A stretch of 64,000 bases of DNA, from assembly GCF_016432865.1 (NCBI RefSeq), contig NC_067403.1, positions 200,694,001 through 200,758,000 of the forward strand. The letters are read 5' to 3'. Shown here one piece after another: positions 51,076-62,665 of the stretch. The position numbers were made by a program, and so were the translations under genes. The notes beneath the pieces are model-generated. The model did not search any database, was not told the origin of the DNA, and saw only the letters and a list, made by a program, of their open reading frames with translations. Numbering within the stretch: the stretch's first letter is position 1; the number at the start of each line of letters is the position of its first letter. Source of the DNA: Antechinus flavipes (Eukaryota).

Positions 51076-51299
51076 GGAAAACAATACCTGTTTGCTGATA
51101 ATCAATCTGAACTGGGAGGCACTAAGGAGGAAAGAGGAAGGGGGCAGTTTTTAGAAGCAAACTCAATAACCAAGGCTTCCAGACAGCAGGGCCAGCACTG
51201 ATGGGGGCAGGTTGAGGCTAAGCCTGCCTGGTCCTCTGTCACAACTATATTCATGCTCCTGCTCCACCTTCATCTCAGTCAGTCCTTTATAAAGTCCTT

Positions 51300-51900
51300 G
51301 GAAGCATCCCTTTCCTTACTTTCTTCTGCTTTCCCTCCCTCAGTGAGATGGGGTGAGGGGGAGAGAAAGACACTAGGAAGGGGAAAAGTAGAACAGAGAG
51401 GACAAAGAAAATGATGGGAAAGATTCGCAGTGGATATGGGGAGACAGGAAGCACAATAACAAAGAGGAGAAAGAGATACTGGAGAGGAAAAACTGGAACA
51501 AAAGTGAAGGGATGTAGGAGATAGAAGAAGATAGGGAGGGGATAAAGTAGACAGAGGGAAGAAAGAGATGGGACAGAGAAGCAAAGAACATAGGAGATAA
51601 AGGGGAAGGGCAAAGGAATCATCCAGGAGTACAGGGACCAAGGATAGCAAAAAATAAAAAGACAAAGAGGACAGAGAAATAGAGAAACTGAGGAGGGGAT
51701 CAAAGGAACAGCAAATAGAAGGGATGGAGGATGAGAGAAGAACAAGGAAAATGGTACAAGAAGAATTGGTGGTCAAAGAAGGAATAGAGAGACCATGAGC
51801 CACAGTGCCAAAAAAAAAAAAGAGAGAGAGAGAGAGGAAATTAGTGAGGAGGACTAAGAGATATGGAGAAGAGCAAGATTAAGGAAGAGAGGCAAAGGGT
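51300..51900. repeat. GA-rich polypurine low-complexity tract
   Basis: Nearly all A and G; it accounts for the overlapping S/L/F-rich ORFs 51279..51803 and others. Confidence 0.85.
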
Positions 51901-52824
51901 CAGGAGGTAGTGATAGACTCCCTGAGAACTCTAATTCTTAATTGAGCAGTAAGCTTTACCTTGGAGGAAGGAAGCTGGGAACCACAGATTCATTTTAAAC
52001 TTAAGAGGCTTCTTTGTTCTCATGGACTTGAGGATTTAAAAGGAAAATAAAGAACATAAAGTTCCAGGACACAAGGAGAGCAGGGTCTTTGATGGTGTCC
52101 TTTCCTTTAAAGATACTTAGTCCTTCTGCAAGTGGGAAACCATGGTTAACTGACAACCATTCTTGCCTGTGGAGTTTAAAAACTTCTTTGTGAATCTTCT
52201 TCTTTGAGGAAAGAATTCTAATTTCCTTCTGCTCTCTGATTCCGTCTTTGTCTCTGTCTCTCTGTGTTTGTGTGTGTGTGTGTGTGTTTCTCTGTCTCTG
52301 TTTCTCTGTATGTGTTTCTCTTTGTATGTCTCTCTCTGTCTCTGTTAGTCTCTGCCTCTCTGACTGTCTCACCAAATTGAGGGAATAAGGAGAATCCACT
52401 TGGAAAGATCCTGTGGAAAGCCCCCTCACCCTTCCCATTCCCCACCCTGCTCTTTTCTCCAGTTCTGTTGAAACCTGCAAAGTGCACCTTCCTGGCAGGC
52501 CCAGCCTGCTCCATCCCCAGACTGCCCAAGCTCAAGCCTCCAGAGAAGGATCCCTCCTGCCCAAAGCACCTCACTCCTGTATCCTCTTGGGAAGGAGGAA
52601 CCCCGAGTGCTGACCATGATATGAAAGGGTAGAAAAGAGGGGGAGGGGAGAGGACAGAAAGGAGAGGGTAAATCTGACCTCTGACACTGTTTAATTGTAC
52701 AAGCAGAAGCAAATCATTTAACTTGCCACAGCTTCCTTATGATGTCCACACACAAGGATTTTGTGAGGACAAAATGGAATAATATATGTGAAGTTCTAAA
52801 CCTTAAAGGGATGTGTGTGTGGTC

Positions 52825-52856
52825 AGTATTATCATTACTACTGCTACAGCTGCTAT

Positions 52857-52893
<37 letters not shown>

Positions 52894-53250
52894 CCCCTGA
52901 GGCAATTGGGGTTAAGTGACTTGCCCAGGGTCACACAGCTAGGAAGTGTCAAGTGTCTGAGGGCAGATTTGAACTCGGGTCCTCCTGACTCCAAGGCTGG
53001 TGCTCTACCCACTGTTCCATGATACTACCAATATTGCTACTACTGCTGCTGCTGCTATTTTTGCTGCTGCCTCTACCAGGATTGCTATTCCTGCTGCTGC
53101 TGCATCATTATTGTTACTACTGATGCTCCTTCTGATGCTGCTGCCACTATTGCTGATACTGTTACTGCTACAATTACTGCTGTTACTTCCAGTGTTGATA
53201 CTATTACTACTGCTATTGCTACTGTTGTTGCTACTGCTACTGTTACTGTT
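52825..53250 (-). repeat. WSINE1 (about 52891-53029, minus strand) with a (TA)n tail, inserted in a CTG/CTA/TTG trinucleotide low-complexity tract
   Basis: Reverse WSINE1 body, (TA)15 at 52861-52890, and trinucleotide repeats on both sides. Confidence 0.85.
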
Positions 53251-53854
53251 ATTTGTTGTGTCCTGCTTTCTAGAGCCCCAAGTTGGGGTGACAAAACATA
53301 CCGTTGCTTTCTAGAGTCCCCACTCAAGGGTGATTAAAATATACTTCCTAGTGGATAAGTGATGAGGACTCCCAAGGATGGTGGGAAAATGGAGTCCGTT
53401 TATTTCAAGGGCTTTCCCCTTTATATAAGGTAACAAAAACAACACTGCACACTTGGGACCCCATAAACAACTTGCTATTGTACATAGTTTGCCATCTAGT
53501 ATCACTCTGCTTCTGTCACAACACAGGTTGTCACTGTCCCCTGACTTCTCAGGAAGGCCCACAGTCTTTAGGGGAGCTGAACCAGACATTGTCAGCAGAT
53601 TCTCTCTGAGCTGAAGGGTCTTATACCTTATCCAGAGTTCCCCCACTGAATGTGACCCTCTGCAGTTATTACTATTGCTTCTTCTTTTCTTCTTTCTCTC
53701 CTCTTTCTCCTTCTCCTACTCCAGTGTAATCTAGTGGATTGAGAACTGGCCTTGAAACAAGAATCCCTGGATTTAAGTCCTCCTTTAATATACATTGTAG
53801 AGTATGAACCCTGGAAATCGTCTCTATGTCCTCAAGAAACTATCTGTTTTATTT

Positions 53855-55960
53855 TAAAATTTTTTATCAGAGCCTTTTATTTTCAAAATATAATGCATGA
53901 GTGCTACTACTGGGCTTATACCCCAAAGAGATACTAAAGAAGAGAAAGGGACCTGTATGTGCCAAAATGTTTGTGGCAGCCCTCTTTGTAGTGGCTAGAA
54001 ACTGGAAATTGAATGGATGCCCATCAATTGGAGAATGGCTTAATAAGTTGTGTTATATAGATGTTATGGAATATTATTGTTCTGTAAGAAATGACCAGCA
54101 GGATGAATACAGAGAGGCTTGGAGAGACTTATATGAACTGATAGTAAGTGAAATGAGCAGAACCAGGAGATCATTATACACTTCGACAATGATATTGTAT
54201 GAGGATGTATTCTGATGGAAGTGGATTTCTTTGACAAAGAAACCTAACTGAGTTTCAATTGATAAATGTTGGACAGAAGCAGCTACACCCAAAGAAAGAA
54301 CACTGGAAAACGAATGTGAACTATTTGCATTTTTGTTTTTCTTCCTGGGTTATTTCTATCTTCTGAATCCAATTCTCCCTGTGCAACAAGAGAACTGTTC
54401 AGTTGTGCAAACATATATTGTATCTAGGATATACTGCAACATATCTAACATATATAGAACTGCCTGCCATCTAGGGGAGGGGATGTAGGGAGGGAGGAGA
54501 AAAATCGGAACAGAAGCAAGTGCAAGGGATAATATTGTAAAAAAATTACCCTGCATGGATTCTGTCAATATCAAGTTATTATAAAATAATATATATATAT
54601 ATAATGCATGGATAATTTTTCCACATTAACCCTTGTGAAACTTTTTGTTTCAATTTTCCCTCCCCTTCCCTATACTTCCACCCCCAGCTAGCAAGTACTC
54701 CAATATATGTAAAAAAAAAAAAAGTTAAATCCAATAAATGCATACATATCTTATCTTGCTGCACAAGAAATCAGATCAAAAAGAAAAAATGAGAAAGAAA
54801 ACGAAATGCAAGCAAACAACAACAAAAAGAGTGAAAATGCTATGTTGTGATGACACTCAGTTCCCACTGTCTTCTCTCTGGATGGACTCTCTTCATCATA
54901 AGATCATTGGAAGTGGTCTGAACCATCTCATTGTTGCAGAGAGCTACTTCCGTCAGAATTGATCATCGTATAAACTTGTTGTCGTGTACAGTGATCTCCA
55001 GATGTTCTGCTCACTTCACTCAGCATCAGTTCATGTAAGTCTCTCCAGGCCTCTCAAAAATCATCCTGCTGATCATTTCTTATAGAACAATAATATTCCA
55101 TAACATTCATACACCATAACTTATTTAGCCACTCTCCAACTGATGGCTACCACTCACTTTCCACTTTCTTGCCATTACGAAGAAGGCTGCCACAAACATT
55201 TTTGCAAATGGGGATCCTTTGCCCCTTTCTATGATTTCTTGGAGATATAATCCCAATAGAAACTCTGCTAGATCAAAGGGTATGCACAGTTTGAAAGCAC
55301 TTTGGACACAGTTCCAAATTGCTCTTCAGAATGGTTGAATCAGTTCACAGTTCCACCAACAATGTTTCAGAGTCCCAGTTTTTCCACATCCTCTCCAACA
55401 TTCATCATTATCTTTTCCTGTCATCTTAGCCAGTCTGAGAGGTGTGGAGTGGTACCTTAAAGTTGTCTTAATTTACATTTCTCTGATCAATAGTGATTTA
55501 GAGAACCTTTTCATATGACTAGAAAAGGTTTTAATTTCTTCATCTGAAAATTGTCTGCTTATATCTTTTAACCATGTATCTATTGGAAAAAGGCTTGAAT
55601 TCTTATAAATTTGAGTTAATTCTCTATATGTTTTAGAAATGAGGCCTTTATTAGATCCTTTGGATGTAAAAATGCTTTCCCAGTTTATTGCTTTCCTTCT
55701 GATCTTTTCTGCATTAATTTTGTTTATACTAAACCTTTTTAACTTAATATAATAAAAAATATCCATTTTGTGCTCAATATGAACACCAGTTTTTCTTTGG
55801 CCACAGATTCCTTCCTTCTCCACAAATCTGAGTGGTAAACTATCCTTTGTTCTTCTAATTTGCTTATAATATCATTCTTTATGTCTAAATCATGAGCCAT
55901 TTTGACCTTATTTTGGTATATGGTACTAGGTGTGGGTCAAAACCTACTTTCTGCCATCCT
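53855..55960 (-). mobile_element. Older L1 3' portion (about 1.4 kb), split near its 3' end by a younger L1
   Basis: Degenerate ORF2 C-terminus at 55000-55900. The 3' UTR pieces at 53855-53899 and 54611 onward rejoin across the TSD. Confidence 0.85.
53900..54598 (+). mobile_element. Young 5'-truncated L1 (0.7 kb) with 12-bp TSD ATATAATGCATG
   Basis: ORF2 tail [12 protein letters not shown]...LYEDVF* and 3' UTR of the same family as 49690-50980. TSD at 53888-53899 and 54599-54610. Confidence 0.9.
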
Positions 55961-56399
55961 AGTAAGAAACTCTCTAACATATGAAGCTGCCAAAAAATGT
56001 GGCAATCTATATTGGCAGAAGGAGTTTTTTTTTATCTGGGGCCTCCCTATACCAATGAAAGCAGAGGCCCGGTCCCTAACTCCTTTATTATTAGCAGAAA
56101 ACACTGAGCATGATGGGCTAGAGAAGAAAATTCAGCTCGATTTAATAGACATATAAATGCCTCCTCTGTACAACATCCTGCCATGGGCAAAGAAGAGGTA
56201 GGGATGGAGAGGAGAATTGTTTGGCTCAGTTGAACTCACAACTCAATTAGGAGAACAAGACATAAAGTAAGATAATTCTAAAACACAATAATCCAAAGTG
56301 AGTGAGAGTTGTAAATAAAGATTAAGGAGGGAGCTGGAACTCAGGGAAAGCTTTCTGGAAGTGGTGGCTTTTGAGCTTTAATTATGGATAGAAATTCAA

Positions 56400-57700
56400 C
56401 AGGGAATGAAGGATATTTCTAGGCTTAAGAAAAATCTAAAGCAAAGGCATTCACTGATTCAATAAATATTTATTAAGTGTCTACTGTGTGCAAACCACTA
56501 TCAAAAGTGCTGTGGGAAATAGTATTCACATGACAAAATCTTTACCTTTATGGAGTATATAGCTGAGGAGGTCAAGTATATTAGTTTGCTATTCTTGGAG
56601 CATAAGGTACATGCAAGAGTGGAGGAGAAAATAAGGCTGAAAAGGATGAGGAAGTGCCAGGTTATGAAGCTCTGGGGGTGCTAGGCTGAGGAGTTAGAGC
56701 TTTCTTATTAAGCAATAGGAAACCCCTAAATAACATTGAGGAGAGGGGTAACAGGGGCAGAGAATTTTCTGGCAGTCATGTAGAGGGTAAATTGCAACAG
56801 ATGGCAGTGTAGGCAGAAAGGCTTAGTAAGAGTTTGTGGCAACAGTCTAAAAGATGGGAATGAGAGGCTGTAATAACGTGCTATTAGTGGGAATGGAGAG
56901 GAGGGGATAGACGAGCTGTACTTCAGAGATGAAATGAGTAACATTAAATAAGTGGATGTGAGACATGAGTTATAAAGAAGTTCTAGGATTACAAACCTGA
57001 GAGACGTGGTAAATGGGGGAGATGCTGGCAGAAATCATAATGGCGGGAGGAGCAAATTAAAGGGCAGTTGGAGATGCCCTGGAGAGATCAGGGCTGGATA
57101 ACGAGATTTGTGAATCATCTGCACAGAACTCATAGCTAAAACCTTGGGAGCAAATGACATTGCCGAGGAGGAAAGTGTAGACCCCAGACTCTTGGAGAAT
57201 ACTCTCCTTAAGGCGTCAGAGGAAGGATGAAGTGGGAATAGAAGCTGGCTGATTGGAAATAAGGAAGTAAACTAGGTGCCTAAGATGGAGAGAGATACAA
57301 ACATCCAGGAGGGATTGTGGACAACAATCCTAAATGCTCCTCCTGCAGGGAGTTCAAGGAGGATGAGAGCTCAGCAAAGATGATTGGATATGGCAACTAA
57401 GAGGTCATGGGCGATCTCTGGGAGTAAAGTGGTGGATACAAAAGATAGATTGCAAAAGGACTGAGGAAAATGAATGATGAGGTAGTATCAAAGCTACTTT
57501 TTTCTGGAAGTTTGTCAGTGAAGCAGTAACAATAAATAGGTAGGCCAAAAGATTGAAGGAATGGAACTGGTGGTGGAAGAGAGAAAGAAGAGGTAGGAGG
57601 GACCAAGAACAATTGTGGGAATGAACTCCTGCTAGAAAAAATGGGAGTGAATGATATCGCAGAGGGGTTTATCCTAGTGACAACCATGTGTGACTACTAG
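56400..57700 (-). mobile_element. Degenerate L2 fragments downstream of AVP
   Basis: Purine-rich reverse-L2 texture with motifs such as ATTCAATAAATATTTATTAAGTGTCTACTGTGTG and GGCAACTAAGAGGTCAT. Boundaries approximate. Confidence 0.6.
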
Positions 57701-58065
57701 AAGGAAGGGAATAATGGATGCTGGATTCCAGATTTTGGGTGATAGATGTATTCTGAGAAATTGAGGAGGAATTCCAGAGGTGGAGAAGTAAGGTGATCCT
57801 GCAAAGCAACACAGACTCATAGACCTAGAAGGGACCTGCAAGTCCAACCCATATCTGGTCCAAAATTTCTACAATCTGGAATGCCAATCAATCACTCATC
57901 CTCTGCCCGAAGTCCTCCAATTAAGAGGAGCCCAGATCTTTTCCCTGCCCTACCCTGACCCTCGATGAAAGACAGAGCCAGGGAGCCCAGTGCAAGTGAA
58001 GGATCTTTATTTATATTTGCAGGAAAGATAGGAAGTAGGGGAGGTCATATGAAGAACAGGAACCT

Positions 58066-58990
58066 TCAATAGGCGACTTCCTCTTCTTGAGGTTGTGGCT
58101 GCAGCTCACCCATCTGTTGGCCAGCCAGCTGTACCAGACGAAGGAGGAAGGCACTGGCGGGTCCATCCAGGGTTCCATTGCTCTTCTCACTGGCTCTTGC
58201 TCTTCTCCGACTGCCTGCTTCCTCTCGGCAGGCTGGTTCCACCATGCAGCTTTCTGTGCAATTAGAAATGGGGAATCTAAGTTAGTTTAAATCCTAGAAT
58301 GTTGCATGCTCCAAGGGAGATGGTCCCCACCAGCAAGGAGACAGAGAAAGTGATGTGAAGAGAGCTGTTCCCCATCTAAGGAGGAGTGTCTGGATAGGGC
58401 TCACTTGACATGTTCTGATTACACTTAGGACCAAGTGTCCCAGCTCAGAGCTTTGGAGCTTCTGGATCTGCATCTTCTCCTCCTTGTGCTGTCCCAGAGG
58501 ACTATAGTTCCCAATGCCCACCCAGTCAGTGCCACTACTGGATCTGTATCCCAAAGAGATCTTAAAAGAAGGAAAAAAGACCACATGTACAAAAATGTTT
58601 ATAGCAGTTCTTTTTGTAGTGGCAAGGAACTGGAAACTGAGTGGATGCCCATCAGCTGGGGAATGGCTGGATAAGTTATGGTGTATGAATGTCATGGAAT
58701 ATTTCTATAAGAAATGATGAGCAGGCTAAAAAGCCTGGAGAGACTTACATGAATGGATGCTGGGAAGTGAGCAGAACCAGGAGATCATTGCACACAGTAA
58801 CAGATTATGTAATGATCAACTATGATAGACTTAGCTGCTCTCAGCCATTCAGTGATACAAGACATTTCCAGTAAATTTTCTGTGCAAAGTGCCATCTGCA
58901 TCCAGAGAGAGAACTATGGAGACTGAATGTGAATTGAAGCCTACTATTTTCATCTTTTTTGGGGGGTGGGGGATGGGAGGGTGGGGAGGG

Positions 58991-59048
<58 letters not shown>

Positions 59049-62000
59049 TTTTTGCTCGGATTTTTCTCTCCTAGCATAACTCATTTGGAAACATATAAAA
59101 GATGAATGAACATTTTAAAATTTAACTTTAATTTAATTAAAAAACAAAATTCCTGTCCCCATGCAATTCTCATTCTAACAGCACCTCCCCAGTTGGAGCA
59201 CAAGTGGGAGGTGAGAGGAATATCCCAAAACCTGTAATATTTGAATGGAATGCAGTGTCACTGAGCATAAGAAATTATAAACATGAAGAATTCAGAGAAG
59301 CTTATAAGGGGTGACATTAGAAACCTCTACAGAATGAAAAAAAGCATAACCAGGAAAACAATATACAGAGTGACTGCAAGACTGGACATAGAAAATAAAA
59401 AAACATGAAAATTGTGTGATTATGCTAATTAAGCTGGACCCAGGAGAAGAACTGAGAAAATGTTCTGCTCTCCCTCAAACCAGCTCCCACCCAGCACTGC
59501 TACCAGTTCCCTTCCTATTCGGTGCTAGTGCATATGCTCTGCCCCATGTGCCCTGGCCAGTCTCTCCATTCATCACATAGTCCCTCACATGCCACTCGGT
59601 TTCTCTATATGTTGCCTCCATATTTCCCACCTCCCTCTCCCTTTGTGTTGCTTCTTGCAGAAAATCCTCACTCCCCATGTGCTTCTTACCAGCATTGCAG
59701 CAGATTTCCGGAGCCGCGCAGCGACCGCCATTCCCGCAGGGTTTCTGTCCAGACTGGCACGGGGAGAGCAGGTAGTTTTCTTCCTGGCACCTCAAGCTCT
59801 CAGAAGTGCCCATGTAGCAGCCCAATTCCTCCTCACAGCAGATGTTCGGTCCAAAGCAGCGTCCTTTGCTTCCGGGACCACATGGGAGGCACTGTGAGGA
59901 GGGGAGAGAGCCTGAGTTTCAGGTGTCAAGACTGGCAAGTCAAAAATCCAGAGCAGTCCTAAGGACAGCGAGAACACAGGCTAGAATGAAAAAGCTCCCA
60001 CAAGGAGCAACCCTTGGCTACTACTCTGAGGGATGACTTTTTACAAACTGCCATAGAATGAAAAAAAAAAAAACTATAACCAGGGAAACAATATACCCAG
60101 TGACTGCAATACTGGAAATAGAAAGAGTTAGAGGGTTTTAGAGCCTGGAACCTAAAGTCTGTTTTGGGCCAACAGTGACAACCTGAGTCCCCCAACCACT
60201 TGCTTCCTGACTTGGACCTTCAGTGTCCTCTACTCCAAGCACACCTTCTTAAATCCCTTGCTCCTCACCTTTCTTGTCAGCCTCCTCCTCCCGTTTCTCT
60301 TTTTTGCTTCTCTCCTCCCTTTTCCCTGCTTTCCCTATCTGCCCTCCTCCTATTCATTTAACTTACTTTTTTCTCTCTTTCTCCCCTCTTCTCCACTCCT
60401 TCTCAGCTTTCTTCTCTTCCTTTTACCCCTTTCCCTCTATTCTCTCCTAGAGATTCTGCCTGTTACTGTGGGTTTTGTCTGCCCTGGTCAGTTGCTTGGT
60501 CTCTGGTTTGGAGTACCGTGTGTTCACTTGGTCAGTGAGCCTCCATTCTGCTCAGGAAAGCCTGCCTATCTAGGCTTATTTCTTAGCCTGAGATTGAACA
60601 GCTCACTCCTCTTTTCTGCCTCCCTCCACCCCCTCCATCCTGAACTTTGCCCCCTAAAGGAATAGTTGCTTAGTTAGGTTGCTGTCCAGGGTCCTGAAGC
60701 AAACAATTTTCACTTAGGAAACATAAAGATAGAACCAGTCTCTTCCTCCCTACAATAATTTAGAAAGAACACCAGGGGAAAACCAAGAAAAACAATTTAG
60801 AAAGAAGACCCAGCTGCCTTGAGAGACTGAATATGCCAATGAAACTCTTGAGAAGTCACTAAAAATTTTGGGATAGAAGCTCAAAAAACATTTTCCAGTT
60901 CCCCTAAAAACTGAAGGAAAGGACAGGAAATGCAGTAGCTTGTAACAAGTTGAGATATCTAGCAGAAAAGGAAGTATACTAGCCTTTTACTTAGAGCACA
61001 GCTAGTAAGGAAAGATTTCTCTCAATTTTCACTGATATCCCCCTAAAGGAGTTAAAGGAAAAAACCCACCCCACTGGATTAAGTTCTATGGAAGATCTAT
61101 TGGGAGGCCATATTTAATTCATGTAATATGCACTGTTGGAGTAAGTTCCACAGATCTCCCAAGCAGATCACAGATACCTTGAAGGAAATCCAGCAATCTT
61201 TGAAGGAGATCTTTGCAGGGAGCAAAATTACAATGAGAACTGACACTGCCTTCTTTGAATAACTCTAAGAATACATTGGCTCCCTTCTCAGTCTCCTGCT
61301 TTGTTCATCTGAGGACCCACAGAAATCACGCTGGTGCTCAGAAAGCGACTTATGGGTCCAGATGGGAGGAGGCTGCCAAATCCTGACTAACTGGCCCCAA
61401 CCTATGGAGAATAGAGGGTTTCTGAGAGGGCAGCTACCACCCTAGGGCTAGATTTTGCAAGCAGAGACCCAGGGCAGCCCAAAAATTTGCCTCTCTAGAA
61501 AAGAGTATCCCTCTGAGATTACTACTGGACCCTAAGAACCCATTCCACTGCTCTATCTTCGCACTGGACAATTCAACACCAACTTTTCTGCCTTTCCTGC
61601 CTTGGCACTTCCGGTCTTTGGACTATTTTTCTTCTTGCAATATCTCCTTGCATCATGCTGCTTCCTTCTTATTCTTTCCCTGCTTTCATTTGCCTGTCTC
61701 TGCTTCTCTTTGAAGGCTTCTTTCTCTTGCTTTTCTGTATCTGCCCCTGTCTCTGTCTTTCTCTGTCTTTCTAACTCTGTCTGTCTTTCCTTGGATCCTT
61801 TCTCTCTCTCCCGTTTCTCCTTTGTCTATTTTCCCTCTCTCACGCTATCTCTCTGCTCCCTTCTTCCTCTCCCTGCCAGATGACTCTTTCTCTGCCCAAT
61901 CTGCTCTCTGCCAGCCTCATTTTGCTCCTTTTTCTGCTCTGAACCCCTTTCTGTTTTTCTGCCTGCCTCTCTACCTCCCTCTCTATCTTTATGCTTCTCC

Positions 62001-62395
62001 TTTTGCATCCCAGGTACTTTCCTTTCCTCTCTTATGCTTTCTCTCCAGTCTCTTTACATAAGGCTTCTTACTCTGAATTTCCTAGTTTCCCTCGACCCAT
62101 CCTTGCCTCACTGAGCAGCCATCTATGAGTCCCCTTAGTCCTTGCTTGCACTTTTGCAGAGCCCTTGAGAGGCTGGCCAGGCTCTCCAACTCTAAATCTA
62201 TCCCTCCTTAGTCCTAAGGAGCCCCAGCGCTCACGCACCCTCCCATTCACAGGGCCCTGACCGGGTTGACCATACCTGCCGGAGTTCTGTGTCGGACAGA
62301 GCGCGCTTGCCTCCCCTTGGACAGTTCTGGAAGTAGCAGGCAGAGGTGAAAGCAAGGAGGCAGAAGAAGCAGGCTGTCAAAGTAGTATCTGGCAT
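58066..62395 (-). CDS. AVP: Arginine vasopressin-neurophysin II-copeptin precursor, 169 aa
   Basis: Exons 62395-62276, 59891-59690 (202 nt) and 58253-58066. [40 protein letters not shown]|[12 protein letters not shown]...ICCNA|[20 protein letters not shown], then a 42-aa copeptin [25 protein letters not shown]...EEEVAY* with an NGT glycosylation sequon. AATAAA (minus strand) at 58011-58006. Confidence 0.97.
58515..59150 (+). mobile_element. L1 3' fragment with an internal (GT)n, in AVP intron 2 (antisense to AVP)
   Basis: [12 protein letters not shown]...[13 protein letters not shown] frame, L1 3' UTR, and a (GT)n run at about 58991-59046. Confidence 0.8.
61590..62050. repeat. CT-rich tract in AVP intron 1 (a second tract lies at about 60260-60460)
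   Basis: Pyrimidine-only texture; it accounts for ORFs 61602..61883, 61822..62061 and 60258..60665. Confidence 0.85.
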
Positions 62396-62471
62396 CTTTG
62401 CAGCTGGCTCTGGCTGTGGCCACTGGGCTACATGGACTTCTCTGGTTGTGGTTTCAGGACTTTCCATTGTT

Positions 62472-62665
62472 TATTTATACACCAGTGTTTCCCCTTTGAG
62501 ACCGCCTTGACGACGTAGCTTCCCCTGACTTCCCCCTCCCCTCTTCCTCCCCCCTCTTTTTCTCATCCTCTACCTCCCAAGTGTCTCTCCAGGAATCCCA
62601 GGCAGGCAAACTGATGCTCAGAGAATGCTTTGTGTCTGCCAGTGAGTGTGGGGCCAGCGCACGTG
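62472..62665 (-). promoter_or_regulatory. AVP: AVP proximal promoter: TATAAATA (62479-62472), half-CRE TGACG (62508-62512), E-box CACGTG (62660-62665)
   Basis: Motifs read directly. The TATA box lies about 80 nt upstream of the ATG. Confidence 0.75.

Noticed and set aside
53000-53314. 104-aa poly-Leu/Ala ORF that looks like a membrane protein
   Set aside because: It is the translation of a CTG/CTA/TTG low-complexity tract and begins inside a SINE; there is no splice or promoter context.
53415-53431. CCTTTATATAAGG as a CArG or TATA element in the AVP-MT spacer
   Set aside because: It has nine A/T bases between CC and GG rather than six, and no downstream gene structure.
46734-59891. Possible assembly duplication or pseudogene, given two near-identical neurophysin exons
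   Set aside because: They differ at 42 of 202 nt, and each has its own exon 1, exon 3, TATA box and poly(A) signal. They are the MT and AVP paralogues.
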